DNA from: an uncultured virus (IMG/VR IMGVR_UViG_3300021425_000020)
Taxonomy: Duplodnaviria; Heunggongvirae; Uroviricota; Caudoviricetes
IMG/VR virus record: IMGVR_UViG_3300021425_000020
Direction: 5' to 3' (one strand)
Length of the DNA stretch: 64,000 bases
Shown here piece by piece: positions 42,375 to 54,000 of the stretch; the first letter of the stretch is position 1, and each line of letters starts with the position of its first letter. The notes beneath the pieces are model-generated. The model was not told the DNA's origin and did no database searches. It saw only the letters and a list, made by a program, of their open reading frames with translations. Position numbers and translations under genes: made by a program.

Positions 42375-45300
42375 TTATAAACCTGCTATTTCTCCAGTGT
42401 TTTTCAAGCGTAGTGGAATGTAAATAAATTCTACTGCTTTTACTGGTTCTACAGCAATGTCCACATACAGCTCGTTTCTGTCAATACGTGCCGGTGTGTT
42501 GTTTGTTTCATCACATACAACCAAGAAGTCATACAATGCTCTCAAACCTACTAATTCAATCATTAAGCTTTCAACCTGTTGTTTGATCTCATCACGTGTG
42601 ATTTTGTCATTTGGTTCAAACAAGTATGGTTTTGCCAATTGATTTAACTGACTACGTAGATATACAGTAAGTCTTGCAACGTTTACTCTATCCAATGCAC
42701 TTGCTGCTCTTGCACGAGTTTTTTGTCCAAATACTACAAGTCCTGCACCTGTTAAGAAGGTAATTGGATTAACATTGTTTTGATACAGTGTATCTCTCTG
42801 ACCTTCGTTAAGTGCAATACTTACAAACTCGCCTTCACTATTAATATAACCTGTAGCAGTTGCATTGCTTACGCCACCACGTCTTGTACCTGCTGGTGCA
42901 AACCATGGATAAGCAACTTGGTCGTTTAGTGCTATTGTGCGTAATACCATATGACTTGGAGGAACAACAACATTGTTGCCTGCGTTGTCACTTGTAAATC
43001 CACTTGGATAATATACACCTAAATACTCGTCACTAGTGACAAGTCCGTCGTCGTTGTCTTCTGGTGCAAGTGCTTGGTTTGTTGCCCAGTTATTCAATGA
43101 TGTTGCATCTGGTGTTAGACGCATCGGTGAGTCGCCAACAACAAATGCTGTTAAGCCTCTATCTGCATTCAAGCTGATCATTTCACCAATTAACTCTGGA
43201 TATCCAGGAGTTGCAATCAAGTTAAAGATACGTGATTCATCATCGCGAATATCATCATTGCTGTTTACCATTGCTTGTAATGCTTGAACAACAACTTTGC
43301 GTTGTGCAATTCTACCAAACGCACCAGAACCATCTGCATTGTTTGCACTTTCTGTTACCCAACGATGTGGATAGTAAGTTGCCATTGATGCATCGCTTTG
43401 ACGCTCGTTTGTATCTGTTAAATCAATATAATTACGCTCAAAACGTTTTACATTGAACCCACTTCTACGTGTGTTCCATAGTAACATACCTTTTGGATAT
43501 AGTGCTGGATCTGGACAATCTGGGTCAACGTAGTCGCTTGTAATCATATCTTCAATATCGCCTGCGTCATGACTTGTAGCAGTTCCGCCAGTTGTACTCC
43601 AACGTGCATCTGAAAATAGAACACCGTTTTCAGTTGTTTGATCTGTGTTATCTAGCAATACCCATTTGTTTCCAGTTAATGCACTGTTGTATCTGTAGAT
43701 TTTTGGGAAGTTTTCTAAATCAGCTGTGCTAATCCAAATATCTCCAGTAACAAGAGCATTTCCATCCGGACGACTGTCGTTATCTGGTTCTGATGCACTG
43801 ATAATTGGACCTGCTGCACTAGGTGCACTTGCTGGTGTTGCATTATAATATGGTGCTGCTGTGCTTGACAAACCACTTGAACCATCGTACAAATATCCTA
43901 CCCATTCACTACCATTGTGGATCATTAGATCTACTTCGTCGATAACACTGCTATACCATAGTGCGCCGTCAGCTGCTAATGCAGTTGGTGCAGATGCACT
44001 TGCTGTGTAACTTAAACCTTTCCAAAGAGATGCAGTTAGTTTTTCTGGATCGCTTCCGTTTTCGCCTGGCTGCCAATATAAGTTAGCTGTTGTGCCTGCT
44101 ACAAAACCTGCGGCTGTTAGCGCATTATCTGTATCTACTAGGTTAATTTCGCCACCTAATCTATGTGTAATAGTAACTCTGTTTTGACTGTCAACACTTG
44201 CTGAAACATTTACTAAACCTAAGTTATTAATTGCTTCTGCCATTAAATCAGCATCGCCTGCAGCTTCTGTTGCTGTAAATGTTGCTGTAACAGGTGTTGT
44301 CATTGTGGCACTACCTTTTACAGATTCACTAACAGTAAATGTTAATGTGCCTGCAGTGAATGTATCTCCGTCAATTTTACTACTTACAATATTTGTTGCA
44401 CCTGATGCTGCTCTTACATATACAAAGTAAGATGCCAACTCTGGTGTATCAGCTGCCGCATTGTATTTTACATATAGAGAACCTGCTCCTAGGTTTGCAC
44501 CACCGCCCGAATTATCTAACTTTTGAATTGCTGTTGCATTATCACTGTAAATTGGTGCTGATGTTAAGTCCCAAGTTTCTGTTGAACCGTTCCATTTACG
44601 AACTTTCCAACTTGCACCTAAGTTTGGCTCTGTTGTTTTGATCCATAAACTTCCTGTTGGTCTTGGATTGCTATCACCTGATTTATATTCAGGCACACTT
44701 GTGTGTGGTGCAATTGTAAGTGAAGTATTGTAATATGTACCTGCATCAATGCCAACGTCTGCTAACGGTGTTCCTGTACCGTCAACTAAGACAACAGTAT
44801 CTTGTCCTGTACCGTCGTTGTAAATTTCCAATTTGTTATCTACAACAGCAGCAGTGATACCTGCTACAGCCTCATCATTGATATCACCTGCTAAATCGCT
44901 AAGTGATGTACCTGTTGTTGTTACAGTAGTACCATTTAGTGTAAAGGTTTCACCAGTTCCTGTTGTACCGCCTGAAGTGCTTGTAACTGATGGCCAGCTC
45001 TTTTTCCAAGCTGCACTTCCTACTTCTACCCACGCTCCGCTTTTGTTTTTATAATATGTTTTAATTGTTGTAGATGTTGCTCGCACTGCATAATCACCAA
45101 CTGCACCAACTGACCCTTTTGGTGCGGCTGTTGCCGAATTGCCTACAAGTTGTGTTGAATCTGTAATCACAATAGGTTTTTTGTTACTAAATGTTTGTCC
45201 ACCTGTTGTTGTGATTGCTGCTGAATTCCATTCTTGAATACCAAACAATGTTGTTGAAGTATCAAACCACCAAGTTCCATCTTCTGGATTAGCAGTAGTA

Positions 45301-45674
45301 GGATTTGCACTTGCTGAAATGCCTGCCAAATCAACATCTGCTCTTACAACATACGCTCTGTTACTTACTCCTAAATATGAATAAGCTGCCTGTAAGCCGT
45401 ATTCGTTTTGCTCTCCACCGTTTACCGGATTGTTATTTGAATCTGTGTAGAAAGTTGGATCTCCAAATGTTTCTACCAAGTCTCTCTGAGATGTCATCAA
45501 ATAAACTTTTCCGCTGTTTGCTTTTGTAGTTCCTGGTGCTATGCCTGTACCTGCTCCGTTTAGTTTGTCCTGAGCAGTTGCTACAAAGATAATCGGTGTT
45601 GTACCTGGTTCAGCTGGAGTATAAAAACTCTCATCAATTACGCTAACCTGTACACCTGGTGATGTTAAAGCCAT
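42375..45674 (-). CDS. contractile tail sheath protein (gp18-like, about 1099 aa)
   Basis: N-terminal SPGVQVSVIDES; C-terminal PWFAPAG..RG, NPI, GQKT, RVNVARL, FEPND and P.KAVEFIYI. AGGAGA SD before 45674. Confidence 0.95.
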   Translation of the reverse strand: MALTSPGVQVSVIDESFYTPAEPGTTPIIFVATAQDKLNGAGTGIAPGTTKANSGKVYLMTSQRDLVETFGDPTFYTDSNNNPVNGGEQNEYGLQAAYSYLGVSNRAYVVRADVDLAGISASANPTTANPEDGTWWFDTSTTLFGIQEWNSAAITTTGGQTFSNKKPIVITDSTQLVGNSATAAPKGSVGAVGDYAVRATSTTIKTYYKNKSGAWVEVGSAAWKKSWPSVTSTSGGTTGTGETFTLNGTTVTTTGTSLSDLAGDINDEAVAGITAAVVDNKLEIYNDGTGQDTVVLVDGTGTPLADVGIDAGTYYNTSLTIAPHTSVPEYKSGDSNPRPTGSLWIKTTEPNLGASWKVRKWNGSTETWDLTSAPIYSDNATAIQKLDNSGGGANLGAGSLYVKYNAAADTPELASYFVYVRAASGATNIVSSKIDGDTFTAGTLTFTVSESVKGSATMTTPVTATFTATEAAGDADLMAEAINNLGLVNVSASVDSQNRVTITHRLGGEINLVDTDNALTAAGFVAGTTANLYWQPGENGSDPEKLTASLWKGLSYTASASAPTALAADGALWYSSVIDEVDLMIHNGSEWVGYLYDGSSGLSSTAAPYYNATPASAPSAAGPIISASEPDNDSRPDGNALVTGDIWISTADLENFPKIYRYNSALTGNKWVLLDNTDQTTENGVLFSDARWSTTGGTATSHDAGDIEDMITSDYVDPDCPDPALYPKGMLLWNTRRSGFNVKRFERNYIDLTDTNERQSDASMATYYPHRWVTESANNADGSGAFGRIAQRKVVVQALQAMVNSNDDIRDDESRIFNLIATPGYPELIGEMISLNADRGLTAFVVGDSPMRLTPDATSLNNWATNQALAPEDNDDGLVTSDEYLGVYYPSGFTSDNAGNNVVVPPSHMVLRTIALNDQVAYPWFAPAGTRRGGVSNATATGYINSEGEFVSIALNEGQRDTLYQNNVNPITFLTGAGLVVFGQKTRARAASALDRVNVARLTVYLRSQLNQLAKPYLFEPNDKITRDEIKQQVESLMIELVGLRALYDFLVVCDETNNTPARIDRNELYVDIAVEPVKAVEFIYIPLRLKNTGEIAGL

Positions 45675-45769
45675 GTTATTTCTCCTATGGGTCAAATTCT
45701 TTATTACTATTATTTAGCAGATTTGGTGAAATTTGATGGTTTTAAACAAGTAATACACGCATTTTTCTA

Positions 45770-45798
45770 TTGACTTTTTTGTTAAACTAGTCTAGTAT
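45770..45798 (+). promoter_or_regulatory. sigma70-like promoter
   Basis: TTGACT-N17-TAGTAT. Confidence 0.7.
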
Positions 45799-45817
45799 AA
45801 AATAAAAAGGAATGCAT

Positions 45818-46093
45818 ATGGCTATTAACTATAAATTTGACGAAAACAAATATATTGAAGAATTTTCGAAGTACATTGATAAAACGTATGACGGACATTA
45901 TTCTACAAATAAGTTTCAGTCAACTGAGGTTATAATTGATAGAGGACACGGCACAGGATTTTGTATGGGTAATGTTGACAAGTATGCAAATAGGTATGGC
46001 AAAAAAGGCACACAAGATGATGCTAGAAAAGACTTAATGAAAATATTACATTATGCTTTGATTCAATTGTACGTTCACGACAACGAGCTTTGA
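45818..46093 (+). CDS. DUF3310/SaV-like small protein (T7 gp1.7 nucleotide-kinase-like family)
   Basis: HY...GFCMGNVDKY..RYGKKG....DL.K..HY. Confidence 0.7.
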   Translation: MAINYKFDENKYIEEFSKYIDKTYDGHYSTNKFQSTEVIIDRGHGTGFCMGNVDKYANRYGKKGTQDDARKDLMKILHYALIQLYVHDNEL

Positions 46094-46902
46094 TCTATAA
46101 TAAACTTGCAAAATTTGTCACCCCAATGTTTATGTGCTGCCTCTAGTGGATGACTTTGCGGACCACATTTATATCTATTTTGTTTTGACCACTCAGAAAA
46201 TCCAAGATTATTTTCTGTGTGTATTATGTTTTTTAAATTTAAACGTTTTACCATAGCATCTAAAAAAATATTAGGTTCTCTTTCTAAATCTAAATATCTA
46301 TCAAAGTCGTCAAAAGCAGATGTAAAGTAAAATTTTACATTTTGTGAATTTAAATAGCTGATTAGATATTCAATTTGTTGTAAAGGATAATATATTATGT
46401 TTGTACTTTCTGCACGTTTCCTATAGAAATCTGTTACAGTCCTTTTTAAATGCTCGTCATATAAAACATCTTTGCGCTGTTCTATTATACGCTGCTGAAA
46501 TCCAATGTATCCTTCTGCATCCGAGGGTAAAGAACACCAAAATTTATCTTCGTCATTTGTATAGTATGGAATAGAGTCTTTTGGTAAAATACGAGGATAT
46601 TCTCTACGCAAAAAACTCGTCCACATTACTAAAACAACAATTTCTTGTGGCTGGTATGATTTTAGTAAATTGTCTATGTGGAATATTACTCTTCTAACAC
46701 AACTGCCAAAATCGCTTCCTGGCATAGCTACATTATCAACTGTTGCATTTGTATATAATTTTCTTTGCACCCAATGTGCCCAAGTAGATTCACCTTTAAA
46801 TCTAATACATCCCGAAGGAGGCCAGATAGGACTAAAATCTGCTAGTTCTGCTCCAGCTGTAAAACTACATCCACCAGAAACAACTTTTTTAATATTATCC
46901 AA
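46075..46902 (-). CDS. SGNH/GDSL hydrolase-like protein
   Basis: GCSFTAG, N.A.PG and HPLEAAH (GxS...HP...H pattern). Confidence 0.6.
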   Translation of the reverse strand: MDNIKKVVSGGCSFTAGAELADFSPIWPPSGCIRFKGESTWAHWVQRKLYTNATVDNVAMPGSDFGSCVRRVIFHIDNLLKSYQPQEIVVLVMWTSFLRREYPRILPKDSIPYYTNDEDKFWCSLPSDAEGYIGFQQRIIEQRKDVLYDEHLKRTVTDFYRKRAESTNIIYYPLQQIEYLISYLNSQNVKFYFTSAFDDFDRYLDLEREPNIFLDAMVKRLNLKNIIHTENNLGFSEWSKQNRYKCGPQSHPLEAAHKHWGDKFCKFIIDQSSLS

Positions 46903-47662
46903 TCAAGAATCCATAGCCAGTACCGCCTGCTACTGCCATTTGCAGGTCATTATCTAGTTTTTCCATTTCAGTTTGTGCTTCAGCTTTAAGAGTATCACCA
47001 TTTAGTGTTGTTCCGCCACCAGGTCCGGCAATTGTGCTAAATTTACTACGTGCTTCACCTAGCATATATTTACAACTTGCAAGTGTATAATCTTTTATCC
47101 ATTGCACTGCTTTATAATCTTTTAGCAATTGCATATCTGGACGATAGTTATAACAAAACAATAAGACTTCTTCGTCAGCTCTTGGACGTTGTAGTATTGT
47201 TAATTTACTAGTAGCCGGATTCCATTTAAATTCCATAAAACTGCCAAACATACGTCCTACTAATTCTTGTTGTTGTGCAAAGAAATCATATGTTGCAAGA
47301 CCGCCAATACCACTACCTGCTAACAAATATGTATTGGTATATGCAAGGTTAAATGGTTCAAACAAACTACCGCCGTCAGCACTGCCACCTAACCTACTAC
47401 CGATACTGCGTCTGTAAATTTTACGTACTTCAATAATTTCCTGCGGCAACTCGTAAACATTTTGATCTTGATTTAATTTAATTGTAACATAACTTTCTTC
47501 AACACTGTTTTCACTGCGTTGTCTATACTTGGTTAATGCTTTGGTCAATGCTGTCTCATAATGAATAGGATCAAGTTCTACATCAATCATACCTCCGCCT
47601 AAAAAAGCGTTTACATAATCAAATATTTCTTGTTTTTGTGTTACTAAATTGCTATCTGCCAT
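46895..47662 (-). CDS. neck protein (T4 gp13-like)
   Basis: LG...IDVELD and WIKDY.LA..K..LG..RSKF....GPGG..TLNG; GGAGA SD before 47662. Confidence 0.85.
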   Translation of the reverse strand: MADSNLVTQKQEIFDYVNAFLGGGMIDVELDPIHYETALTKALTKYRQRSENSVEESYVTIKLNQDQNVYELPQEIIEVRKIYRRSIGSRLGGSADGGSLFEPFNLAYTNTYLLAGSGIGGLATYDFFAQQQELVGRMFGSFMEFKWNPATSKLTILQRPRADEEVLLFCYNYRPDMQLLKDYKAVQWIKDYTLASCKYMLGEARSKFSTIAGPGGGTTLNGDTLKAEAQTEMEKLDNDLQMAVAGGTGYGFLIG

Positions 47663-47677
47663 GACGTTCTCCAATAG

Positions 47678-47694
47678 TATTTATCGCATAAATA
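47678..47694. promoter_or_regulatory. back-to-back TAAATA late-promoter-like motifs
   Basis: TATTTA-TCGCA-TAAATA lies in the 37-bp gap between the divergent neck genes. Confidence 0.7.
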
Positions 47695-47699
47695 TAACT

Positions 47700-48851
47700 A
47701 TGCCACGTATAAGCTTATATAGACCAACAAAAACAAATGATTATGAATTTTTAGATAAAATTATCTATGAGCAGTTCACCGTAGGTGGAACTGACCTTTT
47801 TATACACAAATACATAGGCACTAAAAATCCAACAGGTGATGACATTACAGAAGAACAACCTGTGTATGCAGAACAGGACGTTACAAATATTCAAGACCTG
47901 TTGTTTTTGGAAAATAGAGATAGAAAATACGACGAAGATGTTTACACATTGCGTGGACATTACAATGTTCAAGATCAAGATTTTGATTTAAGTCAATTTG
48001 GTTTATTTTTGAGCAACGATACTTTATTCATGACTATTCATATTAACAGCAGTGTAAAAACATTGGGTAGAAAAATTATAAGTGGCGATGTTATAGAATT
48101 GCCTCACTTGAATGACGAATATGCACTCAATGATTATAGTGTAGCACTAAAACGTTTTTATGTAGTAGAAGATGTAAACAGAGCAGCAGAAGGCTTTAGT
48201 CAAACTTGGTATCCTCATTTGTATAGACTAAAATTAAAACAAATATATGATAGCCAAGAATACAAAGACATTTTAGATTTACCGGCCGGCGATGAAGAAG
48301 GTAATACATTGCGTGATATAATGTCTACATACGATAAAGAAATGCAAATAAATGATGCAATCATAGCGCAAGCAGAAGAAAATACTCCATCAGCAGGATA
48401 TGATACAAGTCATTTTTATACAATCACTGTACAAGATAATGGCGAAGTTGATCTTGTAACAGTTGATAGAGATACGTTAGTGGATGCAAATATCGAAGTA
48501 TCAAGAATTACAAACGCAGCGCCAAGATCAGGATATCCTGGTTATTTAGTAGGAGATGGATTTCCTCCAAACGGATCGCCATTTGGCACAGGAATAGGGT
48601 TTCCTAGCAATAGCGGCGAAGGAGATTATTTTTTGAGAACAGATTTTGTACCAAACAGACTTTTTAGATTTGATGGCAACAGTTGGCGCAAAGTAGAAGA
48701 TAAAGTACGTACTACACTTACACCTAACTTACAAAAAGATACTCTAAAAGGCACATTTATTAACAATACTTCTGTAAATAACATTGCCGGTGAAGATGTC
48801 ACAGAACGTCAATCACTGAGTAAAGCGTTACGACCTAAGGCAGATAACTGA
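47700..48851 (+). CDS. neck/head-closure protein (T4 gp14-like)
   Basis: LF.ENRDR.Y, LSQFGL and GDVIELP; lies between the gp13-like and gp15-like genes. Confidence 0.75.
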   Translation: MPRISLYRPTKTNDYEFLDKIIYEQFTVGGTDLFIHKYIGTKNPTGDDITEEQPVYAEQDVTNIQDLLFLENRDRKYDEDVYTLRGHYNVQDQDFDLSQFGLFLSNDTLFMTIHINSSVKTLGRKIISGDVIELPHLNDEYALNDYSVALKRFYVVEDVNRAAEGFSQTWYPHLYRLKLKQIYDSQEYKDILDLPAGDEEGNTLRDIMSTYDKEMQINDAIIAQAEENTPSAGYDTSHFYTITVQDNGEVDLVTVDRDTLVDANIEVSRITNAAPRSGYPGYLVGDGFPPNGSPFGTGIGFPSNSGEGDYFLRTDFVPNRLFRFDGNSWRKVEDKVRTTLTPNLQKDTLKGTFINNTSVNNIAGEDVTERQSLSKALRPKADN

Positions 48852-50581
48852 TGCAATATTTTTATGATGGACAGATACGAAGATATCTTACGCAAATAAT
48901 TAGAGCGTTTAGCAACTTTAGTTACAAAGATGGCGATGGTGACTTGAGAGAAGTTCCTGTTACATATGGCGATCTTACAAGACAAGTTGCTAATATCATG
49001 AGAGAAAACAGTGAAAACAAAATGCCTAGTGCTCCTCGTATGAGTGTATACATTACCAGTATGCAAATGGACAGAGCAAGATTAAGTGACAGTAGTTTTG
49101 TAAGTAAAATTAATATTAAAGAACGTGAATTCAATACTGAGACGCAACAGTACACTACCAATCAAGGTTCTGGTTATACTGTAGAAAGGTTACATCCTAC
49201 TCCTTACACGCTTGGTGTTAATGTAGATTTGTGGAGTTCAAACACTGAACAAAAATTACAAATTTTAGAACAAATTTTTATGTTGTTTAATCCTGATTTA
49301 GAATTCCAAACTAATGACAATTATGTTGACTGGACAAGTTTGAGTGTTTTGCAATTAGAAAATATCAACTTTAGTAGTAGAAGTATACCAACAGGCACAG
49401 AGTCTGAAATTGATGTTGCAACATTGAGTTTTATTGCACCAGTGTATATTTCGCCTCCAACAAAAGTGAAAAAATTAGGTGTAATTACAGAAATCATTAA
49501 CAGTGTGTTAAATTTTGATGCAGGTACTATTGAACTAGATGGCTTTAATCCAGACACAGGAGATACCTCAAAAGCTGGTGTAGGCACAGTTGTTCTTCCA
49601 GACGGAACAGTAATTCCTCAAACACCTTCCACTCCAAATGAAGCTGTTTACGACAGCAATGGTAACATAGTTTATAACAAGTTAAAACCAGAAGATACTC
49701 GTGCTACAGTTATTAAAACATCAACAGATGGCAATTTAAATGTAGCTAATGTTCACACAGCAAGCTATAGAAATTTTGATATTATCGTAGAAGACGGTTT
49801 AGTAAGATTAGGAAGAAATGCAGCACGAATAGGAGACATTAATTGGTATAATGTTTTAGAAGCCGAAGCACCAGCAAAATTCCAACCTGGTATAAGTCAA
49901 ATAAGATTAAAAAGGGCAGAATTATTAACACCAATTGTTGCTACTTTTGATATTTCAAACGATGCAAAAACAATAACTCTAGATTTTGATATAGACACTA
50001 TACCAAACGATACAGTAATAGAAGGTGTTACAGATAGAGGCACGATAGATTATATAATTAATCCAAGAAATTTTAATCCTGCTGATATAAAACAAACAGG
50101 TATAAGACTGCTATTGCTGCAACCAATTGGTGGTGCTATTGAAAGAATATACAAAGTTGTAGGCAGTACAACTAGAATTGAAACAGAAGTAGATGCAGAC
50201 AGAGTTTATGATTTTGATGTTTATGTAAATAACGAAAGAGTGACTGACGCAGCTACACAAGAAACAATTGATGGATCTCTAGTGATAAGATTAGCAGATG
50301 CTCCAAGACCTGACGATGAAGTTAGGTACATTCTTTACATTAATGAAGATGGTGCAGATGCTTGGAAAGGCACTACCAACAGAGATTTTATTGCTGACAC
50401 ACACGACATTGTAGAATGGGATGGAAACAATTGGCAAATTGTCTTTGATGCAAGTGAAGCCGATGATACTGTGTATGTTACAAATTTAAATACAAATCAG
50501 CAATTTTACTTCAATCAATATTATTGGCAGTATGCAGTAGATGGTTTATATCCAAGTGGCACGTGGGATCTTATTATTTAA
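48851..50581 (+). CDS. tail terminator / sheath stabiliser (T4 gp15-like) with a C-terminal extension
   Basis: YFYD.QIRRY...F..F, VPV.YG, PRMS, P.PY, QILEQI...FNP and YISPP. Confidence 0.85.
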   Translation: MQYFYDGQIRRYLTQIIRAFSNFSYKDGDGDLREVPVTYGDLTRQVANIMRENSENKMPSAPRMSVYITSMQMDRARLSDSSFVSKINIKEREFNTETQQYTTNQGSGYTVERLHPTPYTLGVNVDLWSSNTEQKLQILEQIFMLFNPDLEFQTNDNYVDWTSLSVLQLENINFSSRSIPTGTESEIDVATLSFIAPVYISPPTKVKKLGVITEIINSVLNFDAGTIELDGFNPDTGDTSKAGVGTVVLPDGTVIPQTPSTPNEAVYDSNGNIVYNKLKPEDTRATVIKTSTDGNLNVANVHTASYRNFDIIVEDGLVRLGRNAARIGDINWYNVLEAEAPAKFQPGISQIRLKRAELLTPIVATFDISNDAKTITLDFDIDTIPNDTVIEGVTDRGTIDYIINPRNFNPADIKQTGIRLLLLQPIGGAIERIYKVVGSTTRIETEVDADRVYDFDVYVNNERVTDAATQETIDGSLVIRLADAPRPDDEVRYILYINEDGADAWKGTTNRDFIADTHDIVEWDGNNWQIVFDASEADDTVYVTNLNTNQQFYFNQYYWQYAVDGLYPSGTWDLII

Positions 50582-50593
50582 GCTAATTACTGT

Positions 50594-51052
50594 ATGAACC
50601 AGATTATTTGCAGCGGTGCATTGTTTTATTCCAAAAGCACCAAAAGATTTTTATTGTTACATCGTACACAAGGTAAAACAAAAAATCATTGGGGATTAGT
50701 CGGAGGCACCAACGAAGATTTAGAATCTCCTTGGCAAGGTCTCAAGCGTGAAATAAAAGAAGAAATTGGTGAAGTTACAAATATAAAAAAAGTTGTACCT
50801 TTAGAAAGTTTTATTAGTAAAGATCAACACTTTTATTTTCACACTTATTTAATTGTAGTTGATAATGAATTTATTCCTGTTTTAAATGATGAACACGACG
50901 GATACGCTTGGGTGTCATTTAACAAATGGCCTAAACCTTTGCATCAAGGATTACAGAACACTCTGCGTAACAAAGCTAATTACAATAAACTAGATACTGC
51001 AATTAAACTAATTGATTCATTTTTTGAGAACGAAAATCTTCATTTAGACTAA
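50594..51052 (+). CDS. NUDIX hydrolase
   Basis: Nudix box GG...E......REIKEEIG; EHDGYAW. Confidence 0.9.
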   Translation: MNQIICSGALFYSKSTKRFLLLHRTQGKTKNHWGLVGGTNEDLESPWQGLKREIKEEIGEVTNIKKVVPLESFISKDQHFYFHTYLIVVDNEFIPVLNDEHDGYAWVSFNKWPKPLHQGLQNTLRNKANYNKLDTAIKLIDSFFENENLHLD

Positions 51053-54000
51053 TTGCTTGCAATACATCGCCTTGAATATCTAATAAACCATCTGTTGCAG
51101 CTTCTATAATTGTTAATTCGTTACTTAAAATTTCTTTGAATGTATCTAAATTTAAAGTAATAGTATTCTTTTTAAGTTTATTACCTTCGTTTATACCATT
51201 TTTATCAATATTAATAATTCCTAAATCTAAAATATTCAATGATAAACTAAAGTTTTTATTTTGTACAAAATTTGACAACTGTATGCAGTATAGGTTAATA
51301 GTATTATTATGTTGTTTTAGTAATGCATATTCTTTGAGATGAGCAAAAAAATCCTGTGCTATATCAGTATCACCTTCAATTATTATTTCGCCCGATTTGT
51401 ATAAATCTAAAACATCTACTTCTAGTTGCAAAGATTTTAATGCATTTTTTAAATCTACATGAATTTCTGTATCTGCATATTTTTTACTGATCTTTACACC
51501 ACCTTTATCAAAATAAATATCGCCTACATTTTCAATGATAAATTTTACACTACCTTTAGAATAATTAAAGTTTTTTCCTAATTTTTTATCAATCTGTTTG
51601 AAGATATTAGATACAATAGGATTTAGTTCTAGTAGATTTTCTTCCTCTGTTTTATCTAGAAATTCTAAATCAATTTCCTCTTTTAATGGATACAATTTTT
51701 CATACTGCTGTTTCAACCACTCAAAATTGTTTATTTTAGCCAGTGCATTTGGATTGTTTTTGTTTGCAATGCCGTATTTTGCACCTTCATATGCACCAGC
51801 AATTGTTTCATTTCCAAATGGTTTATCATCACCTCTTGAACACCAAGATTTTAATCTAAATGTTGTTTCGTCATCAACTTGACGATCAATTGCTCTACTT
51901 GCTAATTTGACACACTCTCTAAATCCACTTCGCCAAGCACTGAATGCATCTGTATTAAATGCTGTTACATTGCTCATTCGATTAATACCTTTAAAGTTTT
52001 TACTAATACTTGTAGTCATATCAGCTGTAGTTACATCCATATTGAGAGTTAAATCTCTTGGTAATAATTTTACACCGCCGTATCCGTATATGAGGTTGTT
52101 CACTGGATTTAAACTTCGCCAAACGTACACAGTTTTTAATCCATCAATATCATAATATGCTATTTGATGTTCTAATTCAAAATCTTCTAATAATTGTGCA
52201 TCACCGTCTACTACCCAAAACATTTTTGTATCTACTAGTTTTGCTGCTTCAATGTGTGCTTGGTGAATGCCTTTTACTTTGTCAACTCTTTTAGCATTGG
52301 GATATTTTTTCAAAAGATTATTGTAATTTTCGTCTGCATTTATTTCGCCATTACTGATAAAAACAATATCATAAGGCTTAGTAATACTTGCAACTTCACT
52401 GTATTCTTTTTTGACTGCTAAAAATCTATAATCAATTTCGTGTTTTGTTAATTGTATACTTTTTGAAGTTAATGCAATACCGTCGTAATATTCACCGTTT
52501 TTCCAAACGTGATTGATTTTTCTTTCGTATTGATTATGGTGTGTAATATAGAAATCAAACTCGAAATCTTCGGCAACATCCAAATCATTGTAAATTAAAT
52601 AAAACATTCCTGTTTTTGATTGTTCTCTTGCACGTATATAATCTTCATAATCTGAAATAATAAATTTTTCAAACGGTTTAGGATAACTTGCAATCTGTTT
52701 CCATTCTTTTTTGTTAACAAAAAATCTGTGGTCAATTTCTTTTTCTGTTACTAAAGATTTTTTACTTAGTAAAACTACTCCATCATAATGCTCACCATTT
52801 AAAAATACGTGATTGATTTCTCTATCAAATTTGTTGTGATAACTAAAATATAAATCAAAATTAAAATCATCACACACATTTACATCGCTTGGAATAGCCC
52901 AAAACATTTCAGTTTGAGATTCTTTGAGAGCATTTAAATAGTCTGCATAATTGTTTACAACAAATTTTTGATATGGTTTAGGAGAACTTGCTTTTAAATT
53001 GTGTTCTTTTTTATTGGTATAAAAACGATGATCGACTTCTTTTTCTGAAACAGTATTGCTCTTGCTGAATAAAACAACACCGTCATAATGTTTGTCATTT
53101 AAGAACAAGTGTGTTGTTCCAGTGTCTAGCTCATCTTGTAACATAAAATATTCATCAATATCAACAGTGTTATCAACGTTTACATCTGATGGAATTCCTA
53201 AAAACATATGTGTTTTAGATTTTTCTAATGCAGTTATATAATCATCGTAATTATTAATTGTAAATTTATCAAAAGGTTTAGGTTTGCTTACAACTGTATC
53301 GTGTTCAATTCTGTTTGCTATAAACCTATATTCAATTTCTTTCTGTGTAACAGGAGATTGTTTGCTGAATAAAATTACACCATTGTATTTGTTATGATTT
53401 AACCATACGTGATTTTTTTGTTTCAAAGAGTTTTGGTGATGACTGATATAAAAATCAAACACAGTATCGTCTACAATATCAATATCACTGGGTACTCCCC
53501 AGAACATATCAGTACCGCTATGTTGCAATGCTGCTTGATAATCGTCAAAATTATCAATAGTAAATCGTTCATAAGACTTTGGCTCACTTGCCATAATTCT
53601 TACTTCTTTTTTATTAACATAGAATCGATGATTTAACTCTTTTTCAGTAATTGGATAGTGCTTAGGAAATAATGCAACTCCGTCTAATGTATCAATATCG
53701 CCATTGCCAAAAACGTGTACAAAATCATGACTCCATTCATCTGGCTTATAACTAAACTTGAAGGTATTTCTTACTTTGACATCTTCCCAAATTACCCAGA
53801 ACATATCTGTGTAGCTGCGTTGTTGTGCTTGATGCCACGTATCAACGGTTTGCAAATGAGGAACTTTAACAGTTAATTCGTCTATATCATTTTGATTAGA
53901 CCCGATGTAAAAAACATCAAATTTTTGATTTCCTTTATATACATCGTACTCACCGCAAATATGTATGTGTTGCTTAGGAGCATTATCATTTCTTTTTGTA

